Shown piece after piece: positions 63,190-64,000 of a DNA stretch of 64,000 nucleotides (its first letter is position 1; each line of letters opens with the position of its first letter). Source of the DNA: Octopus sinensis (taxonomy: Eukaryota); contig NC_042998.1 of NCBI RefSeq assembly GCF_006345805.1, positions 132,866,001 through 132,930,000 of the forward strand, written 5' to 3'. The position numbers and the translations under genes were made by a program. Below the pieces are notes generated by a model. That model made no database searches. It had not been told where the DNA came from and saw only the letters and a list, made by a program, of their open reading frames with translations.

Positions 63190-63800
63190 ATTTATTCTGG
63201 CCATATAACTATGAAAGTAGCACAGAATTGTTTGAATTGAGATACCTCTTCCTGAATTTTGGCACCGTGTATGAAAGGAATCTTTTCAGAAGATGAAATG
63301 CAAGCAGATATAATTTTTCTGTTGGCCGCGTTGATTTGTATGCCAACATGAGGGTCGTACACATTACAGCGTTGAACCCGCTGGACATCTACGTATCTGT
63401 CGGTAATTATTGAGAGATCGTCGGCGTAGTCCAAATCATTGATGGTGACATCTTGCTGTCAGATGGACTTCTTTCAACAGCTCTTGCTCAAAATCTTAAT
63501 TTGGTTACGCACATCATCCAGACAGTAAACTTACACTTGAAGCGATCGTACTTGAATGGCGAAAATGGCAAAATGAACGGCCGGAAATGAGAATTGATAC
63601 AATCAAGTAGACTCTTGAATACATATCTGGTCCTGATGTGTTTGTCGTCCACCGTTGGAATTGCAACTGGTTTACAATCTACACGTATGATGTTTGCGAT
63701 GTCGGTGTGGTCTGTTCCCGTTCGTGATGCAGTAAATTCACTTGGTGGAACCGACTCAATTCGTCTGCGTGAATGTCAAGGCTACTACAATGTAAATTTT
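63190..63800 (-). mobile_element. RTE-like LINE reverse transcriptase fragment
   Basis: ORF 63192-63434: DYADDLSIIT...GIQINAANRKII...IQEEVSQFK (YADD motif plus the domain 6/7 pattern). The upstream part is weakly similar. Confidence 0.75.
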
Positions 63801-64000
63801 GGGTGTTTATTATTAAGGATGTAAGTCAAGTAACATGATTGCAAAGTGAAATAGAGTTGAAATGCTGTACTGAACCTAGCAAAAGCTTATCTCTTTTCGT
63901 AAATTATTCCTCATAATACTTTCTTTAGACGATGGACATAGCTCAGCATTTATAGGGAGAGAGAAATTAAACAGCTGTGGTTTCCCTGATTCTATCTCGC

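Overview
AT-rich eukaryotic window, almost certainly an octopus or related coleoid cephalopod. That call is inferred from the tRNA-derived SINE families and the very dense (TA)n/(CA)n/(TACA)n microsatellites. I recognise no host protein-coding gene. Most ORFs in the track are translated microsatellites or transposon debris, so the window reads as intergenic DNA or a very large intron. Content: three tRNA-derived SINE families (about 20 copies); CR1-like, RTE-like and Tx1/L1-like LINE fossils; Penelope-like (GIY-YIG) fragments; a full-length decayed piggyBac between TTAA sites; two mariner derivatives, one built from two left ends; three non-autonomous Helitrons, one a 1.66-kb chimera; several MITEs; and local tandem duplications. 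The most interesting signal is a set of type I hammerhead ribozyme motifs with palindromic stem III, in at least five unrelated sequence contexts. Best examples are a near-intact motif at 62895-62939 (-) and a 95-nt-period tandem pair at 41465-41605 (+). Four unrelated tail-to-tail palindromes abut (TA)n tracts. Hammerheads in Penelope-like elements and retrozymes are established biology; whether these particular families are described could not be checked. All alignments and folds were done by eye, and ends of old repeats are approximate.
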